This document shows, piece by piece, positions 51,401 through 62,685 of a stretch of 64,000 nt of DNA (positions are counted from its first letter, which is position 1; each line of letters opens with the position of its first letter). Both the position numbers and the translations under genes were made by a program. Under the pieces are notes generated by a model. The model ran no database searches and had not been told where the DNA came from. It saw only the letters and a list, made by a program, of their open reading frames with translations. Origin of the DNA: the human T2T-CHM13v2.0 reference genome, Homo sapiens; assembly GCF_009914755.1 (NCBI RefSeq), contig NC_060925.1. One strand, written 5' to 3'.

Positions 51401-54400
51401 GAAAGGTTCAGTGATCCGCTCAAATATTGCAACAGAGATTTCTGAGATAATGTCCTCAAGGAGACCTCGAAGCAGAAGGTCAGCACATGTTTAAAGGAAT
51501 GTCTGTGGCCAAGAGAAAGAATAGAAAATGGTTTACAGGCTTCCTCTGTATCAGAGAGGGCTCTTGCAAGATCCTCGATGATGTTCCATTCATCTTTCCC
51601 TTCTGTAAACAAAAGTAGGTGTCTTCCTAATTCCGTTTCAAAAAGACATCCTTTCAGTTCCTCACTCTGGCCATGGACATTTCCATGTGAAAATACACAT
51701 AGTGCATCTTGCGGCCACTAGATACAAAGCTATGTACAGAAATGAGGCCAGGTGCAGATGGGGCGAATTGAAAAGACGAAAGAAGAAAAGAATGACAGGG
51801 TCGAGAAGGCAACATTGATTGAGTGAAAGAATGAGAAGCCGCAGTCAGTCAGGAGGTGATTCTCACTAAGGGTAAGTGGGGTGGTGATGGCACACCATTT
51901 TGAGTATACTGAATGCTGCTGTGTGGTTCACACTCCTTTGGTTAATTTTGTGTTATGTAAATTTCACATCAACAATTACTTGTTTGAAAAAGAGAAAACA
52001 AGGCTCTGAGAAACAACTGCAACCCATACATTTTTATTATCCTTCTTCTCTGTTTGATAAATATTTATGTGTAGCGAGCCTGCCATGGCAATTCCTGCCC
52101 TTCCCCTGGCCCAGCTTAGCTCTTACGTCTCCCCACCGAGCTGCTGTATTTCAGAGATTTACACACCTGCCCCCCTGCCTGCCACCATGGGGTCCCCTCA
52201 CCTGAGCTCCTCAGCTTGCTTGAGCTGCTCTGCAAGCTTCTCCTCCTTGAACTGTCGCTCATTCCTCAGCATAGATTTTATGAGGTCTTTGCACTCTTCA
52301 TATTCTGAGAAAAGACAGACACGCCTGCCTCAGTGGAAGGCTGGACATGCTGCTGTGGTCATTGCCTACAGGGCAGGAGCCAGGTCCATCCCAAGGACAA
52401 AACTCTCCCCAGTACCAGGGTCTAGACAGGGATTTCCACATCTTTACTCTTCAGTCTCCTGACTTTCTGGCATCTGATCCTCCAAAATTTAGAGATGAAG
52501 AAAGAGAACCTCAAGGGCACATCAAGGAAGTTGACAAGATGATTCAACCACAACGAAGTGGAGTCAGAATTCACAGTCCGTGAGGTCTGACTCTGAATGC
52601 GGGGCCACTTTCCCAAGCCTTGCAGCCTCTCCTCTAAAACACTGCACTGGGGCATGAAGTAGTGATTTCTTGTACAGTCGGGAAGGCCCCTAGGACTATG
52701 GGACTGATGGTTTCCCTTTTACTGGGAATTTCAAGGACAAGTATGTGAAAGATTTTTAAAATCTTTGATTTTTAAATCATATCTTCAGTTATGATTTTAA
52801 GAATCATATCTGAAGCATAAAGTGTGACACATAACACCTTAAGGCCATGAAGGAAATATGCCCAAATGTTAATAAAGTTTGTGTTAATTTAGAAACAGCA
52901 GAATGAAGAACTAATAAATAGTGTTCACTGTGTGCCAATAAATGTTCTAGGAGATTGACAAGAAATAGCTCATGTAATTCACTGCAGCAATTTACAGAGG
53001 TAGGTATTATTGTAGTACCCTCTGAACAGGTGAGGAAACTGAGGGACAGACAAGACAAGCAACTTGGATGGAGCCCAGGAGACAGGCCCACTGTCCCTGC
53101 TCTGTACACTGCACTGTTATCTCCACACATTCTCGGGTGCGATCTTTCTTCCTCTTTAGCAACAAGACTCTGTGCCCCAGGAAGCAGGACTTCACTCTCA
53201 CCAAGCTACTCTCTGCTTTTTATTCTTATTTATCATTATTATTATTATTATTTTTACCAGTCTTGCCCTGTCGCCCAGGCTGGAGTGCAATGGCAAAATC
53301 TTGGCTCACTGCAACCTCAGCCTCCTGGGTTCAAAGGATTCTCCTGCCTCAGCCTCCTGAGCAGGGGTGATTACAGTCACCTGCCACCACGCCCATCTAC
53401 TTTTTGTATTTTTAGTGGAGATGGGGTTTCTCCATGTTGCCCAGGCTGGTCCCAAACTCCTGACCTCATGATCTGCCCGCCTCAGCCTCCCAAAGTGCTG
53501 GGATTACAGGAGTGAGCCACCATGCACGGCCCCTACTCCCTGCTCTTGATGCTGTCACTTATAGACAGCACAGGTTCTATTAGGAGTAGACTCCTCTTGA
53601 AGCCCCTCAGAGCAGGTACTGGCTACTATCACCAAGTTTCCCTCAGAGTCACTAGAACAGAGCTTTGCCTGTTGGGCCTCAACAGAAACTTGAACTGAAT
53701 AAAAGTTCACTAGTCTCAGACATTTAGAACAACAGACTAGATGTTATTTGTCTGCAGGATCTTATATGGTAGAGAGGATTCTTGAAAACACGATTGAGCC
53801 TCTTGGAGAAAACAGATCATTCTGTGCCTGTGTCAGAAATCAATAAATGGCAGTTTAACTCTAGTCCCACCCCCATCTGATTGCAAACATGGAAAGTTGC
53901 TAAATACTTTGGTACGTCTGTCTTCCAACTTTGACAAAATGTTAAAATACCCATTTCTGTTTTCCTAGAAGTATGGGGAGGATGACATTATTTTTGATGG
54001 AGAGAGCATTTAGTGTCTCAGAAGACAGGACATCATTCATCACTTTCATGATGGTGAGCCTATAGATCTTACTGTATTTCTTCTGCTGGTTGGCCAGGAA
54101 GCCGGCCAGTTGAGTTACAAAACATCTCTCTTTGAGGTTTCTGAACTGCTGTTTCTTCTCTGCCAGCTGGGGGTGCAATTTCTCATTGATTTCTAGAATG
54201 TTCATCTCTGCCTTCTCGCTGGACAAAGGGCCGGCTGATACCACCATGCTGACGTTTGTGGCAGAAGAGGTGGGGCCAGGGACTGGGGAGAAGAAAGGCA
54301 AACACATGATGGGTTAAAACTGGTGAAATCAAATAGGCTTAATCAGGACTGAGGGATGTCACTGGCAGCCTTGTGTACTTATTTGAAGATGATGTTTCCC

Positions 54401-57400
54401 TGGTTTCACTCTTGTCATCTCCAGTCTTGATCTCCTTTAAGTCAACTTGTCTTAGCTATGCAGTCACCTTGAAACCAAGACATAAACACTTCTACACTTT
54501 TCTTGCTTATACGTTTCTATAAAGCAAGGCTTGGCCCTGAGATTTTTACCCCATGAGTAGCCAATGTTTCTGTGTAGCACAAAAGATTTCATTTTGCTTT
54601 TTTAATTTTTTTCTTTTTTGGTTTTTTGTTTTTTGTTTGAGATGGAGTCTCACTCTGTCATGCAGGCTGCAGTGCAGAGGCACAATCTCAGCTCACTGCC
54701 ACCTCTGCCTCCCGGGCTCAAGCGATTCTCATCCCTCAGCCTGCCAAGCATCTGGGATTACAAGCGCCAAGTAACATGCCAGCTAATTTTTGTATTTTTA
54801 GTAGAGATGGGGTTTCGCCATCTTGGACAGGCTGGTTTCGAACTCCTGACCTCAGGTATTCCACCTACCTCAGCCTCCCAAAGTGCTGGGATTAAGATGT
54901 GAGCCAGTGCCCCTGGTCACAGACTTACTTTTTTTTTTGAGATGGAGTCTCGCTCTGTCTCCCAGGCTGGAGTGCAGTGGCACAATCTCGGCTCACTGCA
55001 AGCTCCGGTTCCTGGGTTCATGCCATTCTCCTGCCTCAGCCTCCTGAGTAGCTGGAACTACAGGCGCCCACCACCGCGCCCAGCTTTTTTTTTTTTTTTT
55101 TTTGTATTTTTAGTAAAGACGGGGTTTCACCGTGTTAGCCAGGATGGTCTCAATCTCCTGACCTCATGATCCACCCGCCTTGGCCTCCCAAAGTGCTCGG
55201 ATTACAGGTGTGACCCACTGCGCCCAGCTGAGACTTATTAATAGCTAAGACAAGCCAATGAAAAGGAGAGAGAGTCTAGCCTGACAGAAGTGAATGAGGG
55301 TGGGAGGATCATCTCAGCCCATCCTCCCACCTAAGTCTCCTGAGCAGTTGGGACTATAGGCGTGCAGCACCATGCCTGCCTAATTTTTTGTATTCTTCGT
55401 AAAGATGGGTTTCACCATATTGTCCAGGCTGGTCTTCAACTCCTGAACTCAAGTCATCGTCCCACTTGGGCCTTCCAAAGTGCTGTGATTATATGTGTGA
55501 GTCACAGCACCTAGCTCCATCCTAGTTTCTGACTAAAACAATAACAATATGTGTATATACAGCCTGTCCTCAGAATTGATCTTCCATAGCCTAGACAGAG
55601 GTATGAGACACAAGGAAAATAGAGGCTACCTGGGAGAATGTTTAGAGCATCCTGACATTCATCATGAGAGGATTCTCTGTCTACAACCAGAGTTGAGTTG
55701 ACTTCGTCTTCCTCAAATGTGATTTTGATGTTCTTGTGAGGCTGGTTGGAGTCACAAGGGCCGTGGCTATTTGAACAAGTGATGGCACATTCCTCCAGTG
55801 AGTCCTCAGGGACTTTGCTCTCTTCAGTCTTCTGCACCTCCCTGATGAGCCAGGTGGGACAGAGATGACAGAAGATTAAACACAGAGGGATTGGACCCCA
55901 GGGAGTCCTAGCTGGTTTTGACAGACGGCATTAAGAGAGTGGTTCCAGAAAGCAAAATGGAGGTTCCCTTAAAGAGGGAACAGGCAATCCTCTTCTCTCT
56001 GCAACAGACCATGGCTGCCACGGGAGCCAGAGAGGAAGAGAGCAGCTGGTGTTCAGTGCACTGGACAGATAGGAGCTGAGGAGGATGAAGACTCAGCTAT
56101 CCCTGTATGGTACAGACATGACACTTGGCACACATAGAGAAACACGACAGCTGCCGCACCCTGTGTCTAAGCTGGGTTGAATTTCACATACTGTGGCCAA
56201 GGGAATGCGGGCTTTTGGCCCACCATAGATGCCAGAGAGGGTGTGCCTCCTAGACATTTTCATATGTTACCACCCATTACATGCTCCTGAGTATTCAGTG
56301 TTACCTGGGGGCAGATGATTTCTGCACTTTCTCAGCCTCCTCAACTTGAACATCTTCATCCTCATCTTCGTCATTTTCTATAAATACAAAATGTTCATTC
56401 AGATATTTCCCACTTCACATTCTGCAAGCACAGTCAGCCCAACGTGCACAGAGACATGAACATCTATGTATGGTTCAGCATTGTACTGAAAACTCTCATG
56501 TTTTATCTTTCACAAAATGCCCTGGCATGGTTTCCTGCTCCATCGGGCAATGCATTTCTGATGTGGAGGGCCACCATCAAGATGTGGCCAAATACTGAAA
56601 AGACCTTTTGCTTCCCATATCACTGGAGGCTTGTGCAGCCTCTCTCTGGACTTTGGCAGCTGTCTCCCCCATCCTGCCACAGATCTGATTCCCAGGAACA
56701 GGCTTGGTGTCCTGTCACAGTTCGCATTTCAAACCTCATTCTTTCTCTTAGGAGAGGACAAACTTGTCCCACAGTCCTCTATGCATCATGAGACTGCACA
56801 GGCCCTCCATGTGGCTTCTGCTGTGTTATTCAGGGACATTCTATCCATGGGGAGTGCTCCAGTCTGAAGCACTTCCTACCACCAAATGACCCCACATCAA
56901 GTGCCTTCTCCAACACCACATGGAGAGGGGCTTCATCTCATTTTGAAAAGCATTCGTAAGTGTTCCCATATTTGGATGCTTCAGACCCTTGCAAGAGACA
57001 ATTTGTCTGCCTTTGTAGATGGAGAGAGAGAAACTCTGGAAAGATAAATCACTCACTCACCGACACTTACTAAGAACATTGCCAAAAAGACAGCCTGGGA
57101 ACCTTCATTCTTAGCCCAGAACTCTTTTCACTCCAACAAGCGCCCTCCCATCACAGCCTCCTTCCTGTCCTTTAAAACTAGATAGATGCTGCCTCTTGCT
57201 CCAAAGACCACCTTCCATCAAGGAAGGAGGGACACTTGCAATACTGTGATCTCCAAACCCATGGGTTTCCCATTTCTGTTCTTACCCAGGAAGTCCTGAT
57301 CATGTCATGGCCACATATGTGTAGTAGAAAAAAACCCCACTGATACAACTGTCATTGTGAAAGTATGGAGGTCTGGAGCCTCTCATAAGCCTGGGGTTTT

Positions 57401-60400
57401 GGGTCATCAGGGCCTATGGCCACCTTACCTGGGCTGAGCTTTTGGACAAGGTGCTGTGCCAGTCTACACCCCTCAGCCAGCTGTTCTTGGAGGTCCTGCC
57501 CCTGGGACTTGTCCGGCTCATCCAGAGTGAGGAGGGCCTGGAGATGCTCATTCAATGAGCGGGAGGCATCTCTCCCTTCCCGTAACTTCTCCCTTAACTG
57601 GGTCAGCTCTCGTTCCTGAGAGTGAACCAGGACTTTATATTGCCTAAGGTGAGACGGTAGAGAAAATTTAAGAGTAGAAAGGGTTGAGTGATCCGTTCAA
57701 ATATTGCAACAGAGATTTCTGAGACAATGTTCTCAAGGAGACCTTCGAGCAGAAGGTCAGCACATGTTGAAAGGAATGTCTGTGGCCAAGAGAAAGAACA
57801 GAAAATGGTCTACAGGCTTTCCCTGTATCAGAGAGGGCTCCTGCAAGATCCTCGATGATGTTCCATTCATCTTTCCCTTCTGTAAACAAAAGTAGGTGTC
57901 TTCCTAATTCCGTTTCAAAAAGACATCCTTTCAGTTCCTCACTCTGGCCATGGACATTTCCATGTGAAAATACACATAGTGCATCTTGCGGCCACTAGAT
58001 ACAAAGCCATGTACAGAAATGAGGCCAGGTGCAGATGGGGCGAAATGAAAAGATGAAAGAAGAAAAGAATGACAGGGTCGAGAAGGCAACATTGATTGAG
58101 TGAAAGAATGAGAAGACGCAGTCAGTCAGAAGGTGATTCTCACTAAGGGTAAGTGGGGTGGCGATAGCACACCATTTTGATTATACTGAATGCTGCTGGG
58201 TGGTTCCCACTCCTTTGGTGAATTTTGTGTTATGTAAATTTCACATCAACAATTACTTGTTTGAAAAAGAGAAAACAAGGCTCTAAGAAACAACTGCAAC
58301 ACAGAACTTATTATTATCCTTGTTCTCTGATAAATATTTGTGTGTCATGAGCCTGCCATGGCAATTTCTGCCCTTCCCCTGGCCCAGCTTCGTTCTTATT
58401 TCTCCCCGCCGAGCTGCTGTACTTCAGAGATCTACACACCTACCCGCCTGCCTCCCCCTACAGGGTCCCCTCACCTGAGCTCCTCAGCTTGCTTGAGCTG
58501 CTCTGCAAGCTTCTCCTCCTTGAACTGTCGCTCATTCCTCAGCATAAATTTTATGAGGTCTTTACACTCTTCATAGTCTGAGAAAAGACAGACACGCCTG
58601 CCTCAGTGGAAGGCTGGACATGCTGCTGTGGTCACTGCCTACAGGGCAGGAGCCAGGTCCATCCCAAGGACAAAACTCTCCCCAGTACCAGGGTCTAGAC
58701 AGGGATTTCCACATCTTTACTCTTCAGTCTCCTGACTTTCTGGCATCTGATCCTCCAAAATTTAAAGATGAAGAAAGAGAAACTCAAGGGCGCGTCAAGG
58801 AAGTTGACAAGATGATTCAACCACAACGAAGCGGAGTCAGAACTCACAGCCCCTGAGGTCTGACTCTGAATGCGGGGCCACTTTCCCAAGCCTTGCAGCC
58901 TCTCCTCTAAAACACTGCACTGGGGCATGAAGTAGTGATTTCTTGTACAGTCGGGAAGGCCCCTAGGACTATGGGACTGATGGTTTCCCTTTTACTGGGT
59001 ATTTCAAGGACAAATATGTCAAGGACTTTAAAAATATTTCATTTTTAAATCAATATTCAGATATGGTTTTAAGAATCATATCTGAAGCATAAAGTGTGAG
59101 ACATAAGACAATAAGGCCATGAAGGAAATATGCCCAAATACTTTATTAGTATGAGAGGCAGCATTAAGATTTAGATTAGTTGTGTTAATTTAGAAACAGC
59201 ATAAGATTAGTTTGTGTTAATTTAGAAACATCAGAATGAAGAACTAATAGATAGTGTTTACACTGTGCCAATTAATGTTCAAGGAGATTGACAGGAAATG
59301 CCTCATGTAATTCATTGCAGCAATTTACAGAGGTAGGTATTATTGTAGTACCCTCTGAACAGATGAGGAAACTGAGGGACAGACAAGACAAGCAACATGG
59401 ATGGAGCCCAGGAGACAGGCTGAGGGTCCCTGCTTTGCACACTGCACTGCTGCTTCCACACATTCTCGGGTGTGATCTTTCTTCCTCTTTAGGAACAAGA
59501 GCCTGTGCACCAGGAAACAGGACTTCGCTCTCACCAAGCTACTCTCTGCTTTTTATTTTTATTTTTGATTTATTTATCTTTTTGTTTGTTTTTTGACGAG
59601 TCTTGCCCTGTCACCCATGCTGGAGTGCAATAGTGCAATCTTGGCTCACTGCAACATCTGCCTGCTGGGTTCAAAGGATTCTTCTGCCTCAGCCACCCGA
59701 TTAGTGGTGATTACAGTTGCCCACCACGACGCCCATCTACTTTTTGTATTTTTAGTGGAGATGGGGTTTCTCCATGTTGCCCAGGCTAGTCTCAAACTCC
59801 TGACCTCGTGCTCTGCCCGCCTCAGCCTCCCAAAGTGCTGAGATTACAGGAGTGAGCCACGTTGCACGGCCCCTACTCCCTGCTCTTGATGCTGTCACTT
59901 ATAGATAGCACAGGTTCTATTAGGAGCAGACTCCTCTTGAAGCCCCTCAGAGCAGGTACTGGCTACTATCACCAAGTTTCCCTCAGAGTCACTAGAACAC
60001 AGCTTTGCCTGTTGGGCCTCAACAGAAACTTGAACTGAATAAAAGTTCACTAGTCCTAGACATTTAGAACAACAGACTACATGTTATTTGTCTGCAGGAT
60101 CTTATATGGTACAGAGAGGATTCTTGAAAACATGATTGAGCCTCTTGGAGAAAACAGGTCGTTCTGTGCCTGTGTTAGAAATCAATAAATGGCAGTTTAA
60201 CTCTAGTCCCACCCCCATCTGATTGCAAACATGGAAAGTTGCTAAATACTTTGGTACCTCTGTCTTCCAACTAACAAAATGTTAAAATACCCATTTCTGT
60301 TTTCCTACAAGTACAAGAAGGATGAAATTATTTTTGATGGAGAGAGCATTTAGTGTCTCAGAAGACAGGACATCATTCATCACTTTCATGATGGTGAGCC

Positions 60401-60587
60401 TATAGATCTTACTGTATTTCTTCTGCTGGTTGGCCAGGAAGCCGGCCAGTTGAGTTACAAAACATCTCTCTTTGAGGTTTCCGAACTGCTGTTTGTTCTC
60501 TGCCAACTGGGGGCGCAATTTCTCGTTGATTTCTAGAATGTTCATCTCTGCCTTCTCGCTGGACCAAGGGCCGGCTGATACCACCAT
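1..60587 (-). CDS. NBPF14: NBPF-family (Olduvai/DUF1220) multi-exon gene, 3' end outside window: 2x(coiled-coil+CON1), CON2, 27 HLS domains; most likely NBPF14
   Basis: Spliced translation [35 protein letters not shown]...[27 protein letters not shown]... is typical NBPF. Exons of 210/103/215/73/212/206/52/164/173/109 nt have GT-AG ends and sum to one frame. The family call is near certain; the paralog number (2 CON1, 7 triplets, RTKKDQ variant) is recalled, not searched. Confidence 0.65.
59..4824 (-). repeat. Olduvai triplet T7
   Basis: Exons 4716-4824, 3915-4087, 3144-3195, 2363-2535, 1602-1653, 773-945. Confidence 0.92.
1143..1207. repeat. (CA)n microsatellite in the HLS3 intron; recurs with variable length in every HLS3 unit
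   Basis: Direct reading; also near 5909, 10657, 13840, 17023, 20206, 24976, 29760, 34526, 39282. Confidence 0.95.
4825..9572 (-). repeat. Olduvai triplet T6
   Basis: Exons 9464-9572, 8663-8835, 7892-7943, 7111-7283, 6350-6401, 5539-5711. Confidence 0.92.
9573..12755 (-). repeat. Olduvai doublet D3
   Basis: Exons 12647-12755, 11871-12043, 11110-11161, 10287-10459; 3183 bp. Confidence 0.92.
12756..15938 (-). repeat. Olduvai doublet D2
   Basis: Exons 15830-15938, 15054-15226, 14293-14344, 13470-13642; 3183 bp. Confidence 0.92.
15939..19121 (-). repeat. Olduvai doublet D1 (hybrid HLS1-small/HLS2-large, plus HLS3)
   Basis: Exons 19013-19121, 18237-18409, 17476-17527, 16653-16825; 3183 bp. Confidence 0.92.
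19122..23891 (-). repeat. Olduvai triplet T5
   Basis: Exons 23783-23891, 22982-23154, 22211-22262, 21430-21602, 20669-20720, 19836-20008. Confidence 0.92.
23892..28675 (-). repeat. Olduvai triplet T4 (most diverged unit)
   Basis: Exons 28567-28675, 27758-27930, 26987-27038, 26202-26374, 25441-25492, 24606-24778. Confidence 0.92.
28676..33441 (-). repeat. Olduvai triplet T3
   Basis: Exons 33333-33441, 32532-32704, 31761-31812, 30976-31148, 30215-30266, 29390-29562. Confidence 0.92.
33442..38197 (-). repeat. Olduvai triplet T2
   Basis: Exons 38089-38197, 37286-37458, 36515-36566, 35730-35902, 34969-35020, 34156-34328. Confidence 0.92.
38198..42917 (-). repeat. Olduvai triplet T1 (HLS1 with short 52-nt small exon, HLS2, HLS3)
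   Basis: Exons 42866-42917, 42058-42230, 41287-41338, 40506-40678, 39745-39796, 38912-39084. Confidence 0.92.
43960..44123 (-). CDS. CON2 Olduvai large exon ([33 protein letters not shown]...MAVDIG)
   Basis: 164 nt, CAG/GTGAGT boundaries. Confidence 0.9.
44691..47788 (+). mobile_element. L1PA (primate LINE-1) fragment: end of 5'UTR, decayed ORF1, ORF2 endonuclease region; truncated at both ends
   Basis: ORF1-like [19 protein letters not shown]...; ORF2 EN-like [13 protein letters not shown]...GDFNTPLS; ORF2 start mutated to ACG near 46687; flanked by caagaaa(t/a)ccctgtttg at 44674-44690 and 47789-47805. Confidence 0.95.
45689..46408 (-). mobile_element. Nested 5'-truncated L1PA 3' end inserted antisense into ORF1 of the host L1
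   Basis: ORF2 C-terminus (..[29 protein letters not shown]..), 3'UTR and poly(A); TSD ttcaacattctt at 45677-45688 and 46409-46420. Confidence 0.93.
48029..48080 (-). CDS. CON2 small exon ([17 protein letters not shown])
   Basis: 52 nt, CAG/GTAA boundaries. Confidence 0.88.
48512..48780 (+). mobile_element. Alu (S-type, 5'-truncated) with poly(A) tail
   Basis: tttgggaggccaag...aaaaatacaaaaattagcc...actccagcctgggtgacagagcaagactcc followed by an A-run. Confidence 0.92.
49370..49575 (-). CDS. CON1 Olduvai large exon B ([22 protein letters not shown]...AVHIIP)
   Basis: 206 nt; overlaps ORF 49326..49571. Confidence 0.9.
50040..50112 (-). CDS. CON1 small exon B ([24 protein letters not shown])
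   Basis: 73 nt, CAG/GTAA boundaries. Confidence 0.88.
51153..51367 (-). CDS. NBPF coiled-coil exon B3
   Basis: 215-nt paralog of 57429-57643; lies inside ORF 51076..51612. Confidence 0.9.
52202..52304 (-). CDS. NBPF coiled-coil exon B2
   Basis: 103-nt paralog of 58475-58577. Confidence 0.9.
52915..53095 (-). mobile_element. MIR fragment (paralog at ~59250-59430)
   Basis: MIR core-like gaggtaggtattatt...acaggtgaggaaactgagg. Confidence 0.6.
53218..53531 (-). mobile_element. Alu (S-type), cassette B copy
   Basis: Reverse-oriented Alu with an (ATT)n-derived tail. Confidence 0.92.
54073..54282 (-). CDS. NBPF coiled-coil exon B1 ([22 protein letters not shown]...)
   Basis: 210-nt paralog of 60413-60622. 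Confidence 0.9.
54597..54918 (-). mobile_element. Alu (S-type)
   Basis: Full dimer in reverse orientation. Confidence 0.9.
54930..55229 (-). mobile_element. AluY-like element
   Basis: gcaagctcc, tgccattctcc and cgtgttagccaggatggtctc diagnostics; flanked by agactta. Confidence 0.88.
55320..55516 (-). mobile_element. Partial old Alu (J-like)
   Basis: Diverged left monomer plus part of the right monomer. Confidence 0.75.
55630..55841 (-). CDS. CON1 Olduvai large exon A ([22 protein letters not shown]...ALNILP)
   Basis: 212 nt, CAG/GTAG boundaries; overlaps ORF 55511..55837. Confidence 0.9.
56305..56377 (-). CDS. CON1 small exon A ([24 protein letters not shown])
   Basis: 73 nt, TAG/GTAA boundaries. 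Confidence 0.88.
57429..57643 (-). CDS. NBPF coiled-coil exon A3 ([19 protein letters not shown]...VQKLSP)
   Basis: 215 nt, TAG/GTAAG boundaries. Confidence 0.9.
58475..58577 (-). CDS. NBPF coiled-coil exon A2 ([33 protein letters not shown])
   Basis: 103 nt, CAG/GTGA boundaries, in frame. Confidence 0.9.
59550..59871 (-). mobile_element. Alu (S-type), cassette A copy (paralog of 53218-53531)
   Basis: Same position and shared substitutions in the duplicated cassette. Confidence 0.92.
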
Positions 60588-60622
60588 GCTGACGTTTGTG
60601 GCAGAAGAGGTGGAGTCAGGGA
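60413..60622 (-). CDS. NBPF first coding exon, cassette A (ATG at 60587; [10 protein letters not shown]...NQQKKY)
   Basis: 210 nt; CAG acceptor at 60623-60625, GTAAG donor at 60408-60412. Confidence 0.92.
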
Positions 60623-60719
60623 CTGGGGAGAAGAAACCCAAACATATGATGGGTTAAAAACTGGTGAAATCAAATAGGTTTAATCAGGACTGAGGGATGT
60701 CAGTAACTGAAATTCTTAC

Positions 60720-60879
60720 CTTACTGTTGTGAAAAATGTGATCACTCCCCACAGCACTTTAGGATCCTTCACCACAAAAACAAGGTTCAAGGTGCCTCAA
60801 CTCAGAGCTGAAAGCACTGCCAGTAGCTCAGACTCTGATAAGAGTGAGGTAGATTGTGGCCAGCGTGCCAGGTAACCGT
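60720..60879 (-). other. Probable NBPF 5'-UTR exon (160 nt)
   Basis: CAG acceptor at 60880-60882 and GTAAG donor at 60715-60719, 97 nt upstream of the first coding exon. It resembles NBPF mRNA leaders as I recall them. Confidence 0.5.
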
Positions 60880-61231
60880 CTGCAGTTGCAATAACAGAAT
60901 TAGAAGGTGGGGGTGTCATGGAATCTTAGGAGCCCTGCATTCCAATTGCCCAGGCTTTGCTGAAACACAGGCACCCTAGTCTCACCTGAGGGTCACCACC
61001 AATGGGGATCATTCCTTCAGCATTCACTCTCAGTATTCGTGTACCCTTGTGACAATGCCACAGACCCGTGTCTTTCCCAATACATCTAAGCATATTCCTC
61101 ACTGTTTATCTCTTGTCTGTACAACATCATCAAGGCAGAAACAGTTTCCCAACAGGTTATATTTTCTTAATGGTAGTCATGAAGTCATAAATAAAAAAAT
61201 GGAATCATTTAGTATGTTCTCTTGTTTTGAC

Positions 61232-61548
61232 TTTTTCTTTTTTTTTTTTTGGAGACAGAGTCTCACTCTGTCGCCCAGGCTGGAGTGCAGTGACGCGATC
61301 TAGGCTCACTGCAAGCTCTGCCTCCCAGGTTCACGCTATTCTCCTGCCTCAGACTCCCAAGTAGCTGGGAATACAGGCACCCGCCACCACGCCCGGCTAA
61401 TTTTTTTTTTTTTTTTTTTTTTTGTATTTTTAGTAGAGACGGGGTTTCACTGTGTTAGCCACGATGGTCTCGATCTCCTGACCTCGTGATCTGCCGCCTC
61501 GGCCTCCCAAAGTACTGGGATTACAGGCGTGAGCCACCGCGCCCGGCC
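61232..61548 (-). mobile_element. AluY-like element
   Basis: CpG-rich, Y diagnostics, TSD-like gactt(t/c)tcttt on both sides, expanded middle A-tract. Confidence 0.92.
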
Positions 61549-62510
61549 GACTTCTCTTTACTCAGGTGGGTATATATGCCACTAATTTGTTTGATTGTGT
61601 TTTTCCCTTGTTTCATTTTGTTTTGGCCAAGTAATATCCTATTGATTGTATGATTATCACACAATTTTATATCCATTTTTCTGATGGGAGACAGGTTTAC
61701 TTGATAACTACTGTGCATAAGTAACTATGAATATTCTCATACAATTATTTCTGTGAAGATACATACTTATTTTCCTGGGTATCTATAGCTAGGGATGGAG
61801 TTGCTTGGTGAATGGGTAGAAAATGTTGGACAGAGTTTTGCAAAGTATTTGTATTGCTTTACATTTCTATGAAAGATGTAGGCCATTTCCAGTTGCTCTA
61901 CATTCCCACACACTTAATATTTTCAGTCTTTTAAACTATGCCAGGTGTGTAGTGATATCATAAAATTTGGTTTTCTCATGCCTAATGTTCATTTAGATAT
62001 CTTCTTATGGAAAATATCTTCTCAAATTTTTATATTCATTGATATACTGGGCTGTTTGTCAATTTCTTTGTAATAGGAGTTCTTTATATATTTTGAATGA
62101 GTCCATTTATACATACATATTTTTTGCTGTATTATATAGCAAATAATTATTCCTGGTCTAGAGATAGCGTTTAAGTTGTTAAACAACAACATAATAAGGA
62201 GAAGCTTTTTAAAAATGAAGTGCAATTCGCTTGATTTCTTATTGTGGTGAGTGCTACAGTATCTAGTCTAAGAAATATTTTCCTGTGTCAAGTTCATGAA
62301 ACTATTTCCTATTTTTCCTTTACAAGGTTTCTAATTTTAACTTTCACATCTTAAGATAATTTCAACATATGATGGAGAGTGGTTAATATTAACTTTTTAA
62401 AACAACAAATATTATTTCACTCAAAATCGTTTTACTTAAAAGTCTTTCATTTCCCCAATGAAGGGCATTGGTGTCTTTGTTTTTAAAACATTTAGAAGCG
62501 GCGGTGCGAG

Positions 62511-62685
62511 CATGTTCTCACTCATGGGTGGGAACTGAACAATGAGAACACTTGGACACAGGACGGGGAACATCACACACCAGGGCCTGTCATGGGGTGA
62601 GGGCTGGGGGAGGGATAGCATTAGGAGAAATACCTAATGTAAATGACGAGTTAATGGGTGCAGCAAACCAACATGGCACACGTAT
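62511..62685 (+). mobile_element. L1PA 3'-UTR fragment
   Basis: catgttctcactcat...gaacaatgagaacac...ggagggatagcattaggagaaatacctaatg. Confidence 0.9.

Larger units (their letters stand above)
49301..60702 (-). repeat. Tandem duplication of the N-terminal coiled-coil+CON1 cassette (~49301-54361 and ~55561-60702)
   Basis: Exons, introns, MIR and Alu are co-linear at an offset of ~6.3 kb; similarity ends at ...gactgagggatgtca (54361/60702). Confidence 0.9.

Noticed and set aside
53172-55169. Alu-derived ORFs (e.g. [19 protein letters not shown])
   Set aside because: These are generic antisense-Alu translations with no evidence of exonisation.
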